Part shown: positions 58,161-64,000 of the stretch, one piece after another
Numbering within the stretch: position 1 is the stretch's first letter
Layout of the letters: every line of letters begins with the position of its first letter
Assembly (NCBI RefSeq): GCF_964355755.1
Contig: NC_092678.1
Location: forward strand, 16,783,881 to 16,847,880
DNA from: Antedon mediterranea
Lineage: Eukaryota; Animalia; Echinodermata
Length of the DNA: 64,000 bases
Direction of reading: 5' to 3'
Notes under the pieces: model-generated
The model's input: the letters and a program-made list of their open reading frames with translations, nothing else
Databases searched by the model: none
Told to the model about the DNA's origin: nothing
Translations under genes and position numbers: made by a program

Positions 58161-61100
58161 ATTTTTAAGTGGTTTATGTCAGTTTCTGCTTTTGACGGAA
58201 TTGTTTTTCTTTCGTAAGTCATTGATTGAAACCGAAGTGTTTAAGGTTATGTCATTGTGGAGAAAAACTATCGAAAACCTCTTTCAAAACAGCAGCTGAC
58301 ATAAACTCCTTCCTAATTTCCTAAATGTTTTTATTTTTTTAAGCTGTAATGTAATAGGTCTATATTAATTTGAAAAAGGAACTAAGAACTAGTATCTAAA
58401 TTCTACATGAAACAAATCAGATTAAAACTTCTCATCAATTAAAATATGACAATTAACGTTAGATAACGGGTTGGAATTTCTTCGAAACTAAAGTAATGAT
58501 TATCAAGAGGTAGCAATCGTATCTGTAGCTAATTACTACTGTAGGATCCAAAAACTTACTAATGAGAAAGATCTATTTGTATTTAAGATTAATAAGCCCT
58601 GTTTATTTGTTGAGACTCAACATTTTTATTGGGTTATCTCCATAATGTATCACGAGTGAATAATGTTTACAGTTGTTCTAGTGTAATAAAAATCATAAAA
58701 CTGTCAATAAACGCCACATTTTGAACTTTGACATATAGCGAGCACGAACATTTTTTTGGCTTAAAGCACATTTTTCATATCTCAGATATGGTCGTAGTTG
58801 GTATCAAAATACTCAGAAGGTCGATATTTCTATGATACTGAGCAAACAATCTTTACCTACCCAAGTAAATACAGAATATAAAAAAGACATTGTGGAATTA
58901 CCTATTATAGAATTACATAGAATTAAAATTACAATCAAGAGCAAGAAATCTTATCTGTAGCTAATTACTGTAGGATTCAAAAACTTACTAATGAGAAAGA
59001 TCTGTTTGTATTCAAAGATCAATAATCACTGTTTATGTGTTCAGACTTAACATTTTTATTAATCTACCGCCATAATGTATCACATGAGATAGATTAAACA
59101 GAACAAATAAAAAAAAACACATTATCTTGCATTCCAAAAATGATAACAGTAGGCCCTATAGTTTATGTATATGTATACATTTACGTAAGGGCAACATTCG
59201 GTAAATCGCGCGTTACTTCTACACACTTAAAACTAAAGGTGCAATAAAGGGTGCAAACCTATTAAAGGGTGCTAATTTGCTCCTTTTTTCTCATAAAATG
59301 GTGCAGAATTCATAAAATGTTTATTTTTGTACCTTTTATATCGAAAAAGTATAAAAAGGTGCAGAACTGCACCGCAAAGACCCAAGTAGGCCATGGTGAC
59401 TGTGTGACAAATTAAGACCTATTAGATTAATGAACGCTTCTTGATATATTTAACTTTAAAAACTGATAAAGTACATTCTTTAAAAACGTAAGAAAGTACA
59501 AAGTAACAAAAAATGCGATGTTCCATATGGACATGGTGATGTCATATCACTACCTTATTTGAATGTTTACTCAATGTAATAAAATTGGTTCGTACTTTCG
59601 GTACTAATGTTAACCATCTGATGTTAACCCTGTTTACTAATTAAATTGAGTTAGATAATTAGTTATTGACAATTAAACACGAATTTAACTTCAACGATTT
59701 GCACCAAATATGGGAGTTTTTTGGTCGTGGTATACACTTTCTCATAAATGACTTTCTCACACAATAATACGATATAAAATATTAATTATCTATCTCCTTC
59801 TACGACAATTGTTTTTAATAGCTGAAAACTAGTTAAATAGCTCGAGTACAGCATTATAATATTGAAGAAAAACCAGCTTTCTTTTATCAAACAGATTTAA
59901 TATTATTTGGCGATGAATGAAACATTCCAATCTCTCAGTCTTCATAATTGGTATAATAATGTATTTGAGAATCATCTGTGGGAACAACCTAGCACATCTA
60001 GTTTAAAAATGTTCAGGGTGACCTTAATTTAAGTTGAATAAGAAACTTTAAATTAGTACTTGTGTAACTTCAGTGATAATAGTTTTCTATCTGTTTTTGT
60101 TTTTGTCAGTCTCCGGGAGGTAAATGTATTTATCTTCTAAATGGCAATGGTAATAACCTATACCTTCCCTGCAATTTATTAAAATATGACAACTTACTTT
60201 AGATAATCTGTGTGAAATGTTTATGAAGCTTTGGAAATCTACAATCAACAAATTTGTTGCTACCATATTCGGGTCAAAATATTTGAGAGTTGTATTTGTC
60301 TGAGGCTTTTTAAGTTAATTTGTTCCGAATACATTTTTGATAGTGTTATCACGGTAATAGTATCATTATATATTATCAAATGCAAAACACATTTAAACAA
60401 ACAATGTGTTTATCTTACAATTCCAAAGTGTTAAACTGCCAAAAGAAAAATATTTACTTCTACTAAAAGTAAATTTACTTCTATTGTTCACAGTTTTTTC
60501 ATTTTTAGTTCACTATGTCGGTCTGTCGGTCTGTCGGTCTGTCTGTCGGCCCGGTATCACTATGCGTTTTATCGATTTTCTGTACTTTTTGAACTTTTTT
60601 GATGTACATTACTTTTTGAAAGTTCATTTTTTTCTGAGAGCACGCGACTTATGGCTCTTGGCCTTGTTAAAGTTTAGAATCAAACTTAACAATTTAATTA
60701 ATGAGGATTTTTTCCACTAATTCCCGACCTTTTAAATTGAATTATGCAAGTGTAACAATCCAATATAAAAATAGGGCTAAAAACAATGTATTTCATTTCA
60801 GTGCTAATTGTTACCTTCTCTATTTATGATTTTTGTTCTTGTTGACCAAAGGTCATTTATTCAACATCCATTTCAATATCAACATAGAACGAATATGTGG
60901 CAATTAATTTGGCGCGAAATTAATTTGGCGCGAAATTATTTCAATATCATTACTTAAATTCGTTTATGTATGTTTTCTATATTTTATTTAAAACCCTTTT
61001 AAAGCATTAATAATAATAATAATTATACAAATAATCAATCACATAATATTTACTAAAATTAATTATTATTATTATTTCTGATTAGTTTACTTTTTTTTAC

Positions 61101-61673
61101 CAAACAAACGTTTTTAACTTTTAATTATCTTAATACTAAAACATATTCCACAGAGAATGGTTTAGAATTGTTTTAATGTATATGTTTGAGTTACAATCAA
61201 AGAAGTTCGTTTCATTATAATGTTGTATTCACATACATTTTCTTCATATTTCCAAACTTCATCTTCCACATGTATTCAAACATTTAATGTTGATTCTTTT
61301 TATCAGTATTCGATAAAATACTGAAATTTTTTTGTTTTTTATTATTAATGATGCACTGGTATTATCGAGTATTTTAGATAACTAAAACTAACCCAGAGCT
61401 TGGTAGATTTTTTACTCCAACAAAACATGTAGAACTATTAGTACACGATGAAATGTGATTTTTTACATAAATCATTGATTTGCTCCTTTTGTAATAAAAC
61501 CTTTTAAAAAAGTAATTTTTCAATTAAAATATTGGGAACGAAATTTATATAAACACAAACAAAGGCTCTTTCGCTAAATACTTTCAAAAGAGTTATTTCT
61601 TCTTAATTGTTTAAGCCTATTTGTTGTAGTGAGTTTTATCATTTTGGGCCTTTCTGTTTTAAGTTATATAATT

Positions 61674-63110
61674 ACTAGCAATTATACCCGCCCCAGGGCG
61701 GGTTTCAAAATTAGTTTACAGCCTTCTCAACACCCGACGCCAGTATCTGTCTATACTCACCAACATCGACCCCTCAACAACACCCCATACTCTTTCTTAA
61801 AAACAAAATCTTCCCAGTGATGGACAAATTCAATTCAACCTAAGCTTCGAATTGAGAGGAGTATTCATAACTACGATGGGTCTAATAATGGTTGTAGTAC
61901 GTTGTAAATTGTGTAAATGAATAGGTGTCATATTGGCTGATAATTAAAATTTGTAATTTAGATACTGCGGGCACCCAGCCTTCTTTCTCCTTTCACCACC
62001 CCAGCCACCATCAACAAACCTTAACTCCTCCCCTGGACAGTTCAAATTTAGTAACTTTTCCTAGTACAATCCAATCATATAGGCTACTTCATAACGCTAG
62101 TATTTTCGCTCCTCCTCCCTCTACAAAAAACACACGCCAGATACACTGGGTGATCTGTTGAAGCCGGTTCCAGTACAATTTATATTATTATCACTCCCAA
62201 CCCATAATCCCTCAGTGGCAGTTTTCAAATGTAGTTTAAAACATTCCAAATACAGTTTCGGTCATGGTGATAGGCCTAGATGTACATCCCCACCCCAAAC
62301 TCCCATCCGCTTCCCAGGGATGATTAAATACTTTAAAAGTTTCCAACCACAATTCTGGTGTAAGCAAAATCCCCACTCTCTCCTGAAACCAAACTCCCAA
62401 ACCCTATCTCCCAACCCCACTCTCCCACAATGTACGTTTTTTTCCTTGGAGGATTGGTGATGTAGTTGAACACAGTAACAGTAAACAACATGTGTATGTT
62501 CACACAGGTATGGATGTCTGTAATGAGGCAATCCAAGAGACCAACAAATAGCTGGATATGGTTAAAGTACTTTGCTAAATGTGTAATTGAATAGGTGTCA
62601 TATTGTTTAATGAATGAAATATGTATAGCTATATCTATATTTCCCCAAACGCCTTGCTGAGGATAATTCAAATACTGTAAAACTTTTGTAGTATAATTTT
62701 ACAATTCGATAGCCTACAACCCCGAGCCCTAGCAAAAATGACATCACAAACCACCACACAACCACCCCCCCCCCCCCACCCATTCCACAAAAACCCCAGG
62801 AGTCGGGGGAATTTTTTTAAATGTAGTTTAAAACCTTCCGGGTACAATTGCCATCATTTTGATACCCCATACGTATGGTTACGTGCAGACACAGACATTT
62901 TTATAACGAACAAACATCGAAAGTGGGGGTTTTGACCACATTTTGGTCCCTAACTTGGATCCTAGGTGGCGGATGATGTTGAAATATAGCTTAGAACATT
63001 CCCGGTACAATTGCGGTCATTTTGATACCCCATATGTAAGATTATGTGCAGTAACAAAATTTTGTATAACGAACAAACAGACAAACAGACAAACTCTCTC
63101 ACTATAGATA
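61674..63110 (+). mobile_element. Helentron-associated non-autonomous element with internal repeats
   Basis: Starts ACTAGCA..ACCCGCCCCAGGGCGGGT (hairpin); internal duplicated blocks (GAATAGGTGTCATATTG; CCGG.TACAATTGC..TCATTTTGATACCCCATA); ends (ACAAACAG)n..TATAGAT. Confidence 0.6.
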
Positions 63111-63618
63111 CTAACTCTTAACTCTTTTACAGTAATCCCTTAATATAAATACATTTCTTCTTCGTTTAATGTATAATTTGTCATCACTGATAGTTGTGAT
63201 ACTGTAATTGTTTTTCTTTTATACATCACATTTTGTTGGGAACGAGCCTCCATTTTAAAATAAAGATGTTATTATTATTAATATTATTAATATTATTATT
63301 AGAATAGGCGCATGTCAATATTTTTTCAATTATTATAATACATTTGATTTATAGAGGGGGTTTTCTAAAGGAGAACAGAATACAGTAGTATCAGATCAGA
63401 TGTATATTTTTAGATCAAAAGAATGTATAGCGGTGTTATTCTTCCTGTTAACGCTTTGTCTGGAACTGTTTACTTTATTTATCGACAAAATCACATTTAC
63501 CGGTCCATAGTTTAAACATGGAAATTGGTTAATTGACTCACGTGCCTTAAAAAAAATGAGTTGGTATTTGAATTGACGTTGATGGTGATTTGGTGTTTCT
63601 AAACAATGAAAAGTAGCC

Positions 63619-63704
63619 GGCCAATCACGGTGGTTTTAACAATGTTTACATAGGCAATGAGCTATGAAAAAGGTGTGGCCACCAGCATGATAATTGTATA
63701 TAAA
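63619..63704 (+). promoter_or_regulatory. MAT core promoter (CCAAT and TATA boxes)
   Basis: GGCCAATCAC at 63619 and TATATAAA at 63697, ~90 bp before the ATG. Confidence 0.6.
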
Positions 63705-63789
63705 CCTAAATTTCTCAGTACTTTCTTCACACTTTTTTACTTGTAAACCCGATTAAACAAATTGTCAAGAGTAGGTCTACCGTAGAACA

Positions 63790-63841
63790 ATGTCTGAAAC
63801 ATTTCTTTTTACATCAGAATCAGTAGGAGAAGGCCATCCAG
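63790..63841 (+). CDS. MAT: S-adenosylmethionine synthase (methionine adenosyltransferase), first coding exon
   Basis: ATG-initiated MSETFLFTSESVGEGHP followed by G|GTAAGT donor; FTSESVGEGHP(D) is the MAT signature. Confidence 0.93.
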
Positions 63842-64000
63842 GTAAGTGTACTTTTTTTATATGACCCTTCATTTTAATCTGTCATACATAGTCAGAGATG
63901 TTTGCTTGGCAACAAAGTCACGGAAGTACGTCATTTCACGTGACTTATACCTTTACTCTTGCGATGGGGCACGTAGGTCATAATACTATGACGTTGGTCA

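Noticed and set aside
61629-62935. Cluster of 60-110 aa ORFs
   Set aside because: C-rich interior of a non-autonomous Helentron-like repeat; no protein motifs or splice structure.

Overview
AT-rich, intron-rich eukaryotic DNA; the repeat content suggests a marine invertebrate (inference). Host genes, assembled by hand from splice sites and translation: the 5' part of a secreted LRP-like YWTD beta-propeller gene (- strand, continuing off the left edge); a complete adenosine kinase (10 exons, 364 aa, N-terminal NLS, one GC-AG intron); a complete cytosolic methionyl-tRNA synthetase (16 exons, 794 aa, GST-like N-terminus, no C-terminal WHEP appendage); and the promoter plus first exon of S-adenosylmethionine synthase. 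ADK, MARS and MAT are consecutive, co-oriented and all linked to methionine/SAM metabolism, so they form a candidate metabolic gene cluster. The rest is a dense transposon mosaic. It includes a decayed AcademX split by a LINE, a Tx1/L1, a Penelope with an inverted pLTR and hammerhead ribozyme, Deu/Nin-type SINEs, Helentron-type elements and MITEs. Two elements stand out: a TA-flanked element carrying an intact tRNA-like cloverleaf (anticodon ATC), and a 7.55-kb foldback element with ~3.6-kb inverted arms, TATGG..CCATA termini and a 6-bp TSD (IS3EU-like) just upstream of MARS. Family assignments come from motif recognition only; no database search was run.
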